In this document: positions 1 through 13,807 of the stretch, piece after piece | Layout: every line of letters begins with the position of its first letter | How positions within the stretch are numbered: the first letter of the stretch is position 1 | The notes under the pieces: model-generated | Database searches by the model: none | What the model was told of the DNA's origin: nothing | The model's input: the letters and a program-made list of their open reading frames with translations, nothing else | Assembly (NCBI GenBank): GCA_028534125.1 | Contig: CM052816.1 | Coordinates: 66,714,001-66,778,000, forward strand | Source of the DNA: Lama glama | Taxonomy: Eukaryota | DNA length: 64,000 nt | Reading direction: 5' to 3' | Translations under genes and position numbers: made by a program

Positions 1-139
1 CCATGAACTTCAAATATTAGAACTGTCACATTGCTAAAATAGAATTCCCTTATTTTGCTGGATTTAATTCATCTTCTAAAATAGAGCATGGTAAGGAAAG
101 GCAGCCTTTAGAATCCATCAGACTCCTCTTGCACATATC

Positions 140-275
140 GTGTAATGCTTCCATGCCTCAGTTTCCTTATTCTTACAGTGATTTTTAAAAAATCATAGAA
201 CTGAAGAAAGGATTGAATGAGTTGACATAGAAATATTAAGCATAGAGCACAGTGTCTCTAAAGAAGTTAGTTCTG
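140..275 (+). mobile_element. MIR SINE fragment
   Basis: Core-like 'catgcctcagtttccttattc' followed by 'ggattgaatgagttgacatag...agcacagtgtct'. Confidence 0.6.
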
Positions 276-350
276 TTTCCTCTCCACCTTTAGGGTATAC
301 GTAAGAAAAGATTATTTTAAGGACTAAGAAGAAGATTAAAGAGAATTTTA

Positions 351-1754
351 CACACACCTACAGTCAATTAATCTTTGACAAAAGAGGCGAGACTTTACAA
401 TGGAGAAAAGACAGTCTCTTCAGCAAGTGGTGTTGGGAAAGCTGGACAGCTGCATTTAAATCAATGAAGTTAGAACACTCCTTCACACCATACACAAAAA
501 TAAACTCACAATGATTTAAAGACTTAAATATAAGACATGATACCATAAAACTCCTACAAGAGAACACAGGTGAAACATTCTCGGACATAAATCATAGCAA
601 TGTTTACCTAGGGCAGTCTACCCAGGCAACAGAAATAAAAGCAAAAGTAAATAGATGGGACCTAAGCAAACTTACAAGCTTTTGCACAGCAAAGGAAACC
701 ATAAACAAAACAAAACGACAACCTATGGACTGTGAGAAAAATATTTGCAAATGCAAATGACAAGGGATTAATTTCCAAAATATACAAACAGTTCATACAG
801 CACAATTAAAAAAAAAAACCCAACAAAAAATGGGCAGAAGACCTAAATAGATACATCTCCAAAGAAGACAGGTAGATGGCCAATAGGCACATGAAAAGAT
901 GCTCAATATTATTAATTATCAGAGAAATGCAAATCAAAACTGCAATGAGGTATCACCTCACACTGGTTAGAACGGCCATCATTAAAAAATCCACAAACAG
1001 TAAATGGAGACGGTATGGAGAAAAGGGAACCCTCCTACATTGCTGGTGGGAACGTAGTTTGGTGTAGCCAATATGGAAAACAGTACGAAGATTCTTCAAG
1101 AAACTAAAAATAGAGTTAGCATGTGATCCAGTTTTCCCACTCCTGGGCATATATCTGGAGAAAATTCTAATTCGAAAATATACCTGCACCCCAATGTTCA
1201 CAGCAGCACTATTTACAAAAGCCAAGACATGGAAAGAAACTTAATGTCCATTGATAGATACTTGAATAAAAAAAAGTTGTGTAAACAATGGAAAACTACT
1301 TAGCCATAAAAAGAAATGAATTAATGCCATTTGAAGCAATGATGAACATAGAGATTATCATGCTAAGTGAAGTAAATCAGACAGAGAAAGACAAGTGCCA
1401 CATAATATCATTTATATGTGGAATCTAAAAAATGATACAAAAGAACACATTTAGAAAACAGAAACAGACTCACAGACAGAAAAAAAATTATGGTTAACAA
1501 AGGAGTAAGAGGGGGGAGATAAATCAGGAGATGGGGATTAGCAGGTACAAACTATTACATATAAAATAGATAAACAAGGTCCTACTGTATAGAATAAGGA
1601 AGTATACTCAGTATCTTGTGATAACCTATACTGGAAAAGAATATGAAAAAGAATATATATATAAAACTGGATCACTATGCTGTACACCAGAAACTAACTC
1701 AACATTGTAAACCAACTCTACTTCAATTTAAAAAGTAATAATAATAATAAAAAA
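351..1754 (+). mobile_element. 5'-truncated camelid-type L1: disabled ORF2 C-terminus, 3'UTR and A-rich tail
   Basis: From 353 it translates as [31 protein letters not shown]...*FKDLNIRHDTIKLL. ORF 876-1067 ([14 protein letters not shown]) is L1 ORF2. Stops and frameshifts are present. ORF2 ends at 'tgtggaatctaa' near 1428, and the tail is A/(AAT)n at about 1730-1754. Confidence 0.97.
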
Positions 1755-3639
1755 TAGACAATTTGATAAGCAGCTTTCTTATTGGCAATTACAATGCTGT
1801 AAGTGAAGGCAGCTTTACACGGAAAAAAATATGATCAAATAAATTTTAGAACTCTATCCATAAGCATAAATATACTTTCCATAGTTATGATTCATATGCA
1901 CCTATTATTTAGTTTTTACTTTTGATACATAAAGTGACTTTCTATAGATTTTCATGTTGCCTCAGCCACATTTTTCTGGCTTTTGACCATCCAGGAGAAT
2001 AACTGACTATTCTCTTTGATCCACTGAGCGTAACACATGCTCCCATCATATCACTTTGTCCTTAGGCACCTACATGTTGAATGTTTGCCTTCAGAAGCTC
2101 TCAGAAAGTAGGGACAATGCCTGATAAATTCCTCTGCCTCTGGTAATTAGCATACTGCTAAACTCATCATAGGTACCCAGTTAGAATTCCTTGACTGAAA
2201 GAAAATTTCCAAGGTAACATACCATGGTATCCTAACTTCTTTTAACTTCTAATATATTTTACATATTAAGATCAAGTTGTCTCAATTGCCTGTTTAAATA
2301 CGCATACTCTCCTCCGTGTTGTGCTACTTCTTGTTTGTCAGTTGGTAAATTCTTCTAAAAGCTCACTCTATGTCTTCAATCTTCATTCCCTCAGTAAAGT
2401 TTGCTCTTGAAATTAATAGAGTTCTGTTTTGCCATCATTGCATTTTAACACAATTTTACATCTAACAGAGTGATGTCTGTGACATTTTGGGGAGCCTATA
2501 TTACCCTGTTGCCTAAAGTAAAAAGTTTTAAGAACTTAGAAAGTTTATGTAGAACTAAAGTAGAAAAAAGTAAGAGGAAAAAAAATTAAGGCAAAAGTAC
2601 AAAGGAAAAAAATACATTTACTCCACTTTAGGAAGTAATCCTACATGATGAAGATATGTATTCTGTTTTGACTTATACTTTTTTCTACTATTTTATCATG
2701 CGTTTCTGTTTTTCTGAAGGAAAATGAATAAAGTTATTTTCTATCTGGACCATTTGAAAAATTATACTTAAAACAGGGATGGGGAAAAGCTGCTCTGAAA
2801 AGTAGTAAAAGAGCAGCAGACTTCTGTTTTGTTATTTGTGAATTTTCAAATGTATAAAATGAAGTCAAGTCTTCACTGAAATGGAGAAAATATCACATGC
2901 TCATCAGAAGACAGCTGTTGTCCTGGAAATAGTTCCTTTTTCAATTGTGAAACTGACAAGCTTAACATGCCAACAACTAAGTCCTAAATCTGAAGATTGA
3001 CAGTTTGCAAAGCCATGCAGTATATATTTAGCCACAAGGTCATCTATTTCCCAGATGACATAAGCGAGAGGTTTGCATATGTCAGCTGAGACTGACAAAG
3101 ATGAATTTATGTCACAATGGCTGGGACAAGTATGAGGAAGTTCGAGGAAATACACGCCTACAAGTAGGGTGGTTGTGACAGAACTGCTGACAAGTCCTGG
3201 GCTTAGCCCAAGGGAGGCAGGGGCATGTGCGGCCCAGTGGGCAAATACTACATTTATTCCTGGTGATTTAGCTGCAGATATACAGGAAATCATTTTTTAA
3301 ATTAGTAATAGACGTGTGTTCTTTCATTGTTTCCACTGGATTTGTGTGCTGAAAGCACTCTGGTTTTTACAACTTAGGTGTTCCTATTTCTTTACTAAAC
3401 ATTTACTAACCATGAATGCTATGAGAAGACAGTCTGGTTTTATATGACACAGACTTGACTAGGGGACATTTTACAGAGAGAACTAGCAGCCTAGCTGGGA
3501 AAGCAGAAGAATCTTCTGTTTCTCTGTACAATGTCATTGGCTTGAAAGAGTTTATCCAGACTTGACAGTTTTGTTTGTTCATTTGTTTTGCTTGCTTGCT
3601 AACTTGCTTTTGGATCATTATTGATCACCGATTTCCACA

Positions 3640-3850
3640 AAAGGAGGAGACACTTAAGCAAACTTGATGAAAGTGAGGAAGCAATGTATGTGAAAGGGGG
3701 CCCCCAAAATGCTTTAAACAGAGGGGACCCATAGCAAAGGCCAAACCCTAGAGCTGGTCCAAGTTTGGCCACAGTTAGTATTTTATTGAGTGTGATGGGT
3801 AACTAACAGGGGATTTTGAGCAAAGGCACCTATTTGAGCAGATGTTAAAA
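3640..3850 (-). mobile_element. L2 fragment
   Basis: Degenerate L2-like text: 'gagacacttaagcaaacttgatgaaagtgaggaagc...ggattttgagcaaagg'. Confidence 0.45.
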
Positions 3851-4573
3851 AGTTTTTGAGCAATATTTTGCGAATGCTACCTTTTCTCCCAAATTTCCAT
3901 TAAGGACTAGGTTAGACTGGTGGACATCTGGAGATCTTAGATCTTTATTCTTTTGTCTCTTTGATTGTAATGTGGGCGGAACCTCCTATCTGACTTGGGC
4001 GAGTAGCTGTGGATGCATCTGAAGCACAGTCATGATGCTATCTCCTCACCTGGGTAACTGGACTGAATTCAACCAAATCGCAGTCTAGGCAACAAGTTTG
4101 TTTCTGGAGATGGTTAGAAGTCTGTCACTTGTGGCCTAGCACACTCTGTGATGGTAGCTACAATGAAAGAACTGTGGGGTTTGGATGACCTTCCTCCTGC
4201 ACCAAGCAGAAGATGAGCCACACAACAAGGTACTCATCTTTTATTCCCAAAGAGAAACAGAAGCTGCAGCTGTTGTAGCTGGTTTCCCTGTCCAGAGTTG
4301 ACCCGACATGCTTGAAAACTGAAGTCACCATGAACTGGATTCTAACTGAAATCCAAGAAAACCTGACATTGGAATGAAAAATGTTTTGTAAAAAAATTGA
4401 AAGCCAGAAGATGTAGAGAGTTGAAGCTGAAAGATGGTTTGCTGTCCAGTTTCTTAGTTCCAATGACATTATTACACACGATTTAATATTTTCAGTTATC
4501 TGTGAGCCATATTCTGAAATTTCATTATGGATCAAGACAGTACAGTGAGTTATAAAGAATTATAATATAGTAA

Positions 4574-4694
4574 GGGGAGGATATCATTCAAGTGGTAGAG
4601 TGCATGCTTAGCATGCACAAGGTGCTAGGTTCAATCCCCAATACCTCCTCTAAAAATAAATAAATAAGCCTAATTACCTCCCTGCCCCCAAAAT
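4574..4694 (+). mobile_element. Camelid tRNA-derived SINE (Vic-1 type)
   Basis: Body 'ggggaggatatcattcaagtggtagagtgcatgcttagcatgcacaaggtgctaggttcaatcccc'. Direct repeat GAATTATAATATAG at 4557-4570 and 4695-4708 (TSD). Confidence 0.93.
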
Positions 4695-6549
4695 GAATTA
4701 TAATATAGAATATATACTTATAATACAGACTATACAAAGTAGAAATAAGCTTTTCCAAAAAGAATGTGTGTTGATGAGTAGATTAAGAGTACAACCCAAC
4801 TTTCCTTTTAGAACTATGGATTCACACACTAATGGGTTGTGTGAAGGTTTAGTCTATTACCTTGTGATGTGTGGGTATATGTGTGCGGTCCAGAGGTGGA
4901 GGGAGAATGTTGTTACTGCCCATGCAAGGAGAGGCTGTGAGAACCTCATGTGGAATTGTGGAATTTGCCCCAGGTCATGCTTCCCTAGGCATGGTTCTGT
5001 AGGCAAAATGGATGTCATTTTGCAATGCCAATTGTGGAGGTAAAGTCACATTCAAATGTCTCTCCTACCTTAGCAGGCATTATTCTGCCTTCTTGTTAAC
5101 ACAGAAGTAATCTCAACTATAGGACCAGTGGTGTCCCCACTCTTTCCCCCAACCCAAACATACTCACACTTAACACTGAAGTTACGAAACAGATTGGATT
5201 CTTTGGTAAGTGGTTTAAAAGACAGGGTGTGAATGTAGTATAAAGTATCATATTCTAACTAAAAGTAATTCTGGCTATGTTAAGTTCCCTTCAAAGATCT
5301 TTTTAAGACAAACGTTGACTTATTTTGCCAAAAAGTTATGATTTCGTCAGTTGTTTGAGTTGAATATTGGCATGGTCATGTTTCGGCCTCATATATTGCT
5401 CTTAGGGTTTGTGGTGAAAGTGGAGAATGATGGGTAAGCATTATTTAATCTTAAGTTATATACTGCTGTAAGAATACTTACTATATTTAAGAACATAAAG
5501 TTTTGTATCTTTAAGGGCAAAAATACCTGCCAAGTTAACGTTTTCAAAAGACTTATTCTTTATGAGCTTTACTATCAGAAAAAACAAAAACAAAATAAAA
5601 CCCAAGATAGCTATTCCTAGGTTGAATTTGACCCATATTAAATAACTAGAGTGGACTTCATGGGATGACTCTACAAATGTTTTGAAAGTTAATAGGTTTC
5701 TTTTGTAGGTATATTACTAATTTTCCTGCTTAAAATTTTCCACCAGTATCTCTGAAGCAATGCTAGAATTAAAATACATCAGGGCAAATTACATAGCTAA
5801 AACTGTATTCATTTTAGTCTTATATTTGACTAAATGGGTTTGAAATAATCACTAATCTACCTTGATGCATGCAAAGGACTTTTATTCAAGAAAAAGTATT
5901 ATTCTATCTTATTATCCCATATCTAATAGACACAGATGACACATGATTGGTATTACACACAATTGATAACTGAAGTTCCATATGAATGTGCATGTACACA
6001 CAGGTGTCGTGTATGTATCGTGTACAGTAGGACACACCTGGGCACTGTGAGGTCTCATGTGAGGAAGCAGTTCCTTAAGGATCTCTGAGGAACTGGTGGA
6101 ATGTAGAAGCAAGCGTCCTCGGGGGCCCAATGGCCCACCAGTGCCCAGCCTTCCTCAGAAGCCATCTCCAGTGGCATTCATTCACCCAGGACCCTCTCCA
6201 CCCCCATATCACCCCATACCCACTAACTACTCCTGGCTCTAAGCAACAGATTTCAGAATAAGCATAAATCATCCAAGCCCCTAATGAGCCATTTACTCAT
6301 CCAGATTTTCTCCAACTCCGTATCAAATTACTAGCACCTTTTGGCTCGAGGCCTGACCATTTCCAAGGCTTCCAATAGCCATCTGATTGACAGGAAATGG
6401 CAGAAGCCATTTTCGTCTTAGCTGCTAAGTAGGAAACTACTCCCATTGTGAATCAGAGGTCTGAAAGTGCAGGGAAAAAAGCCATCTTTCTTATCTTTCT
6501 CCATTATTTTCCTTCAAAATAGAGCCAGTATTTTCCTTATCACAGAACG

Positions 6550-7077
6550 TAAACATTTTTATTATAAAAAGAAAAAAACAAATCCATAATCCCAATGATA
6601 ACCATATTTTGCTACCTGTAACATTTTGGTACATATAACCCTTTTAAACTTTTCCTATGCAATTACATCATGTTTACATAATTAAAAACCTTTAATGGAA
6701 ACAGACTCATTTCTACTTAATCATCTTTTAAATTTGATGGTATATTATGAGCATCTTCACATGTCAAGAAAAACAGATCTGCACCAAGAGTTTACTGGCT
6801 ACAGAGTACCTGTTGCAGGAGTCCATCACCATTTATTTAAGAAATCTCTTATTGTTGGACATTTAGTTGAAATTTTTTATGTTATTATAAATAACATGGG
6901 GATGAAACTCCTGAAAGAGATACCTTTTCAACTGTCCGATTATCTCCTTCAGACATATCCCTAGAAGTGAGACTCTGGTAAAAATATGCTATTTTAAGGA
7001 CTTTTGACGTATGTTATGCAATTGCCCTCAAGAAAGGATATATAGGTTTCTCTTCCCACCAATAGTGACTGAGTGTG
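6550..7077 (-). mobile_element. Old L1 (L1ME-like) 3' fragment
   Basis: Antisense L1 motifs 'attgttggacatttag', 'ccctagaagtgagact' and 'ttcccaccaatagtg'. Confidence 0.75.
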
Positions 7078-8353
7078 GGAGGCTTCCTTTCTGAGTCAGC
7101 CTTCATCACATTATGAATTTATTTCTGTTGGCTCATGGCAGAATGTGAACTCAATGGAGTTAGGATAGATTTGAGAAGGAAAATACATTCTCCAGAGAAG
7201 CTGGGACTATTCTGGGGCCCTCTATGAATCACAAAGGTGAACCTGCCTTCCTGCCTGTGCTTTTGTGGGGATCAGCCAGTGTTTTAGACCACATGGAGCA
7301 TGCTAACACTCCGTGGCTTATGTTTACAGCTTCACTAGGGTTTGATGTGGGTCCAGGAGGAAGTGGAGGAGTCCCATAGTGTTGGCCAGACACAGCATGA
7401 GAAAATAATCCCCATTTTGCAAACTGGGTTTCAATAGTCAAAGCTCTATAGAGGGTCAGGCGGACTCAGAATCATTCCGCTGGCTCAGGCTTTAATGATG
7501 TTAGGAAAGAGGTCTGTGGTAGTCTACAAAATAAGGATCAATAAGCAGGAACTGGACTCTTGAGTCAACATTCCTTGTCAATGCTCTAGGAAAAATATTC
7601 ATACATTCGAAAGGCTGAATTAAAAAAGAAATGAAAATGTATCACACTGTTGGCAGAAATCTATTTCTGATAAAATGACAAAATCTGGGAGCTGTTAGTA
7701 GAAGCATTTAGGTGAAAATGTTTCCTCCTTTGAGAATCCTGATGAGTAAACATTATAAAATCAAGTTCCTATAGTAGGCTAATCATTTTGATATTTCAGC
7801 TTTGATCCAGGAAGCTGCAACTCCTATACTATCCCAGAATACCACAATTGAAAAATCAGAAGTAGGCTTGTCAAAGGCAATTGTTTCTACCTTCTGTTTC
7901 TTGTCTTTTTAGAAAGGCCTTTGTACAATACGCTGGTTTTCATTTCTGATCATGGCCAGCCTGATTGGCCTGTTTTACTGGGTCTTCCCCTGAGTGTGCT
8001 GAGAAGCCAGTGGAGCACTGTAGTCAGGGGAGTGACATAAACACTGGTTTTCTCAAGTGTGTCTCTATTGTTCTGTTCTTCAGGGCTGGTGGGAAGTGTG
8101 AGTCTCTCCCACCTTTATCAGCCCCACATACATGAGGCAACCAGATCCCTTAGGATTTCCCTCCATAGCTTAGGGAATAAACTAAACTAAGCATCTAGTG
8201 ACTCAGGTGATCAGATAGCTAACACTCAGTCTGTAGTTTCTCCACCTGTAAAGGTGGGGGCTGGAGTCCCACCACTAATGTCCACCATGTGGACTCTCCA
8301 GTCCCCGAGCCTGTTCTGTGGCATCCTTGTCCGGTTTTGCCCATTTCTCATCC

Positions 8354-8372
8354 AGCTGCCACCCCCTGGCCT
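8354..8372 (-). promoter_or_regulatory. Candidate CTCF site
   Basis: Reverse strand reads AGGCCAGGGGGTGGCAGCT, resembling the CTCF core CC(A/G)(C/G)NNG(A/G)(G/T)GGC(A/G)(C/G). Confidence 0.4.
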
Positions 8373-9004
8373 CTGGTCTTTTCCTATTGTCTGTCTCTGT
8401 GACGCCTGTTCCTTTATCCTTCCTGCCTCCATGGTTTACTACCACATCCTGCAGTTCAAACTCCTATCATCGCTCAGGCCTTTCTGTATTATTTCAGATG
8501 AGCTGCTTGGCTTCTTTTTGTTGCACCCAGAGTGAGACCCCAGCTATACGTCATTGTGGTGGAAATGTGCAACTGTGAGTTTTTTTTCTCTCTAGGATAG
8601 AATGACAGATTGATTCTTATAAATGAGTTTATTCTTTGTACTCCTCTCTATTGTTTTTGGAATTTTAAGCAAGGTGAGAATAGTGTTTGACCTATTAAAT
8701 AATGGTCAGATGCAAATAATTTATCAACCAAAAAATTAAGGGAGAGAATTTCAGTACCTAAAATGAATGATACTTTTTTTTCTCTAATGTTGTGTTTTGT
8801 CTTTAGTTGGTAAACATCCTACTTCAGTTTCATACTTACTGGTAATAATGGGCAGGTAGAAATTGATCAGATCCAAAACTGAATCATCTTGTGTTTATCC
8901 AAAAGATAAAGAGAAAATACTAGTTAACTCTGCCTGCTTGGAACAAGTTCTATTTACATAAACCTCTCACAATGTGTGTTGGTATATAGTTTATATATAT
9001 AAAC

Positions 9005-9500
9005 TCTCACAACTTTATTTATAACCACAGCTGGAAACAATCAAGATGTCCTTTAATAGGTGAATGGACAAGCTAACTGTGATGTGTCCACACTTCGCAG
9101 GAATCTAAAGGAACAATCTATTAATCCACACAAAAACATGAATGAATTTGAAATGCCAATTGCTAAGTACAGGAAGCCAGTTTGAGAGAGCTTGGTGGAG
9201 TAAGACAAATGCAGCATGGCACCATTTATACGGCATTCTGAAAAAGAAAACTAGAGAGACTGCAACCAGATGATTAGTTGACAAGGGTTTGGAGGAGTAT
9301 TAAAGGAGGGAGCATAGAAGACATTTTAGAACTGGAATGATCCTGTAGAGTATTATAATTGAGAATACATGACACTAACCATTGGTCATAACTTACAGAA
9401 TTCTACAAAACTAAGTTTAATGTATGCAAAAAATAAATAATAAAATGAACTAGGAGACAGCACAAGATGGAATGCAGACTGAGACAAAGAATCTAACTGC
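9005..9500 (+). mobile_element. L1MC-like 3' fragment
   Basis: 'ctggaaacaatcaagatgtcctttaataggtgaatggaca' and 'gatggaatgcagactgagacaaagaatctaactg'. Confidence 0.8.
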
Positions 9501-9849
9501 TGCCTTCACAGAACGATCTGACACTAATAGCAAAATATTTGCCAGTCCCCAGAGCCAGGTGCTTTAAGGTCTAACCTATGTTGCCAACAGGAAGATGGCA
9601 GATCATCTCTTTTTTTAGATTCAGAGACTATACTCAAATAGTTAACCACCAACTATTAAAATGTTTGAGCTCTAGTAATACATCTTCAGGAGAAGAAGGA
9701 CTACAGTGGGGCTGAAGAGGTGAGGAGAAGACTTAGTTGATCTTATATCCATTCTGCCTTTTCAAGAGTTTGGAGATACAGAGACAAGTGGTTTGACTAC
9801 TCTATTTGTAAAGGTTCATCCAGTAGAATTTATTAAGAAGTAATACAGT

Positions 9850-10110
9850 TATCATGTTTGAGGGCACAGAGTCTGTAGCCAGACTGCCTCAATTTGAACA
9901 TCCAGTGAGCCACTTATTAACTGAGTGAGTGATCTTGGGCAAATGGTTTAACATTTCCATGCTTTGGTTTTTTCCACTATACAGTGGAGATCATGAGACC
10001 TACCTCCTCAAGGCTGTTATGAATATGCAACGTGGAAATGCCTCTTAAGTGTCTAGAATAATCCCTAGACCCGAATGAATACTTAATAATGGCAACATTA
10101 TCATCATCAT
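9850..10110 (+). mobile_element. MIR SINE
   Basis: 'ccagactgcctc...ccacttattaactgagtgagtgatcttgggcaaatggtttaac...acctacctcctcaaggctgttatgaatat'. Confidence 0.8.
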
Positions 10111-10259
10111 CACCAGATTTTACCTTAAGAAAGATAAGCCAAATTTAGCAATGGGAAGGTCCAAGATATTGCAGAAAAAGAATTTTGTTGGCTGTCAATA
10201 GTAGAGAATTCTTCCTATGGGATTCCAGAAAAAGGAAAAGTAGTACAATAATCTAAAGT

Positions 10260-10735
10260 ATTTATTATTCTTTTATAACAAATTGTATTTTTAAATTATC
10301 AGAGGAAAATGGGACTGCTTCACTTTGTTACAATTTTATGGATATTGATACACATATATATTTGTGTAACCACCACATCAGAAGAGAGATATGTCACAAA
10401 AAATCCACCTCCTGCATGCTGCCCCTTTGCAATCAAACCCTTCTCCAACCCTAACTCCTCACAACCTCTGATCTGTTTTCTTCCATAATAGTTTGACCTT
10501 TTGACAATGTCATAAGTGAAATCCTATCATCTTTTGAGATCAACTACTTTCACTAAGTATAATGACTATGAGACACATCCATGCTATTGTGTGTGACAAT
10601 ATTTTGTTCCTTTTTATTGCTGAGTAGTTTGTGTACCACAGTTTGTTTATCCATTCACCTGTTCAAGGACATTCGTGGATAGAGCTGCTACAAATATTTG
10701 AGCACAAGTTTGAGTTAATTTAAGTTTTTATTTAA
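10260..10735 (-). mobile_element. Old L1 3' fragment
   Basis: 'gtgtaaccaccac' and 'ttcctttttattgctgagtag...gtaccacagtttgtttatccattcacctgtt'. Confidence 0.8.
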
Positions 10736-13351
10736 TTCCTGTTGCATCCCTTATTGGTCACTTACACTTCAGTTGGAGGAGTAGAAACCTCAGTAGTCAG
10801 AGAAGTGAGGTAGGTCAGCAGATGGATTTCACCCATGTTACTGAGACTCCAATAGATGCTCCAATAATATAAGATCTGCTAAATTCATGGACATCTTAAA
10901 TAGAGAAGTGTCATTAAAAAGTGGTGAGCCAATATTTTTCTTCCTTAACGTCATGAAGAGTGTATGTTCATTGTCCATTTTGAGTTGTTCTCTGTTTTTC
11001 TTTTCAAAGTGGAATTTTTATCTAGAATTTCCAAAAGGTCGAACATTGTAATTGAAATCCTGATTCAGTAATGCAACTGTTTTCTAAATTTGATAATGCC
11101 CTTTTCCTTTTCCAGTTCTGAAAGCAAGACTATTTTTAATGTTTTCACCAGGATCATCAAAATAACCTTTCACAAAAACAACTTTTGACTAAAGTAATTG
11201 CTTGTCTCTGCTGAGATCTGAGAAATAAAGTAAAATGGTCCACGTGTTAGGAAACTAAAATTGAATCCGACAAGAAGTCCAAATATTGGTGTTTTTTCCT
11301 GTTGGGCTAAATACAGCTTCTGCTGATTCTTCAATGTTTCCTATAACATGTTAGAACCTGAATGAAACAGTTAAAAACTCTTTCCTCTTGTAGTCTGGCA
11401 GTTTAGTTTCCATCACCATTGACTCTGCTGTAGAAAATTGATCACAAACTGTTTTAGTCTCTTGGAACATTTTTACTGGCAAATGAAGTGGACAGTTAAT
11501 GGATTCTCATTCAAAACAGAACAACAGCTATATCAACCAATGTGTGTCTAAAATCAGCAAAAAACATTGTTTAGATTTTGAAAATAAAAACTAGCTAGGG
11601 GAAGGAAGGTGGGGGGTGGGGTAGGATTGGCCTGCTTTAGAAGAGCTACAGTGTCCCCATGGATCTCAGCAGACTTAATCAGACAATTTTCATCTGGGGG
11701 AGACATCACAGAAACAAAATCATACTATTTCACAGGTTCAGTGTCTGTCATAACTACCATTCTATCATGGGAATTTTATTTTGTGTGGATCAAGTCCCTT
11801 GTGGAGACCATGCCTTTGATTTGTTCACATAGAGAATTCCTTATTGAAAACTGTCAACACAGAAAAAATAAAAAGGTGCACAGAAAGAGATTCTTTTTTA
11901 ATCCTTTAGGATCTGCTTCTCTGCAGTGAAGCCCTGGAAAGCCTATTTGATGAGGGCAGGTTGCTTTGTGGGCAGTGACTTTCATGGAAAGAGGTTTGAT
12001 GCTCTTTTAGGGTATTTTCATCAAGCTGTGATACACTAAGAAGTTCCCCTTCTCCATGTCAGGAACATCTCTCAATAGTTACCACATTGAAATTGCCCAG
12101 TTATGTTTCCTGAGGACTTTATTGTTGTATTTCTCTTCCATATTTTAAGCGAATTCTGTAAACACTACATTGATGACTTGTTTCTCATCTAAGGAAACTC
12201 AAAACTTTATATTGCCAAACTTAAGTGTATAGAAATAAACTGAAAGTCCGCTGTGTAATACAGATTATCCTTAAAGATTAAAAATCCTGGTTTCTTGCCT
12301 GGCCTCTGCTGTGAGTTAGTTTTGGAAACTTGGACCTGAGTTTTCTATAAAGTGAATTTTAAAGTTAGTTAAATGCAGGTTTAACTCCTAGCATTGCCCT
12401 CTAATAACTGCAATTTGGAGGTAAGTTATTTAAGTAACATAATCCTTATCTTCTTGATCATTGAAATGGTGAAAATTTCCTTGGCATGCTTACCTAATAA
12501 AACAGAAGTAATGCATGTGAGAGCATGTAGCGAACTCTCAGGTTCTGTATAAGTAGATGGCATTATCATTAAAACTAAAGCTCTAATGAAGGGGAAAACT
12601 TGGGCCACAGCTACACTTCAGTGATAGGATTTATGACCATGTCAGTGAAATGGGTGCTATGTCTAGATTGCTATTTGGATACTTCTGCAAATAAACCCTG
12701 CTTTTTCTGAAAGCTGTGGTCAAATTTTAGAATCATTTTTTGCTGCCAAGTGATTAGAGACAGCTTTGGATATAATGCAACTGCCAAAGGCTGAGTTTAA
12801 CTTTTCTACGCAGAAGTCTATCTTCCACGAATATTGCTTACCAAAGCGGAGCTTGTTCACAGAGCAGGCTCTGGCTTAATATTTCTTATACCAGAGGATA
12901 TTTACATTCTCTCTGCCCAGACCAAGGAGCAGCATCAATGGCCTGCACAAGTGGGTAGTGCCCTTGAGATGAGGAGAGATACGAGCCTTCTTTATTCTAG
13001 TAAAGTGAGTGATGCTTAGTTTGCAATTTTGTGCATGGCCCCCTTTTTGCATAAGGTCCTGAGATCCCTGTAAGGAAGTCATTCTAGGATCTAAGCCATT
13101 AATTAACAAGGCAGTGGTAGGCAGACCCCCAGTGAGCCTGGCTAGAGATAGCTGGGATCTGCTCCATTTGGGATTTATCACAGTCAGACACAGGGCTATA
13201 GGTCAGGGATCCAAAATCAGAGATTTGTAATTCAGGCAAGAACCTGGGATTGTTAGGACTGATTATTCAACATCTCTCAGGTTTCCTGACTCCCAGTCTC
13301 ACCTTTCATCAGTGGGCAGAGTGCTAGAAACCACATACAGAGCTGGGTACC

Positions 13352-13804
13352 TATCTAGACTGTTCCCTGAGAAAGCAGATGCTGAGATCAGGACTTGAGT
13401 CTAAGCAGTTTACTTACAGTGATGCCAAATAGAGGGATGGAGAAATGAGACAGGAAAGGGCAAGAAGTCAATACAGAGTACAGTAATGAGCAGGTTAACG
13501 CTGCAGACAGCTGGGGCTCGATCCCTTTGGGGACCTCTGGGGCTCTGTGTAGAATCTGTCCCACATAAGGAGAGAGGTGAATAGATTATATTTTCCTCCA
13601 ATTCCTTTTGTTCATTGGCTGAGAGTTCTTCCTGAGACAGCACCTCTGGACTGCTGTGCACACTGGCCAAGCACACAGTGCAAGAGAAATCCTGCACTGA
13701 CGTGTCGCAGGTGTCTGTCTGTACCAGGACGTTGGCGGTGTGCATGGGGAGGGTGACTGCTGAGGAGACACGTGCAGGGCCATGGCCGCATGTACTCCGA
13801 TACA
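13352..13804 (-). mobile_element. ERVL solo LTR (LTR16-like)
   Basis: The start matches the reverse complement of the LTR16/33-type 3' end ('ttccctgagaaagcagatgctgagatcaggacttgagtctaagcagtttact'). AGTAAA on the minus strand at 13409-13414. The minus-strand 5' end is TGT at 13804. Confidence 0.7.
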
Positions 13805-13807
13805 GGA

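Noticed and set aside
364..1225. ORFs 364-588, 876-1067 and 953-1225 as genes
   Set aside because: They are sense and antisense fragments of a disabled L1 ORF2.
4158..4550. Possible processed pseudogene
   Set aside because: Translations on both strands resemble no protein I recognise, and there is no poly(A) or TSD of its own.
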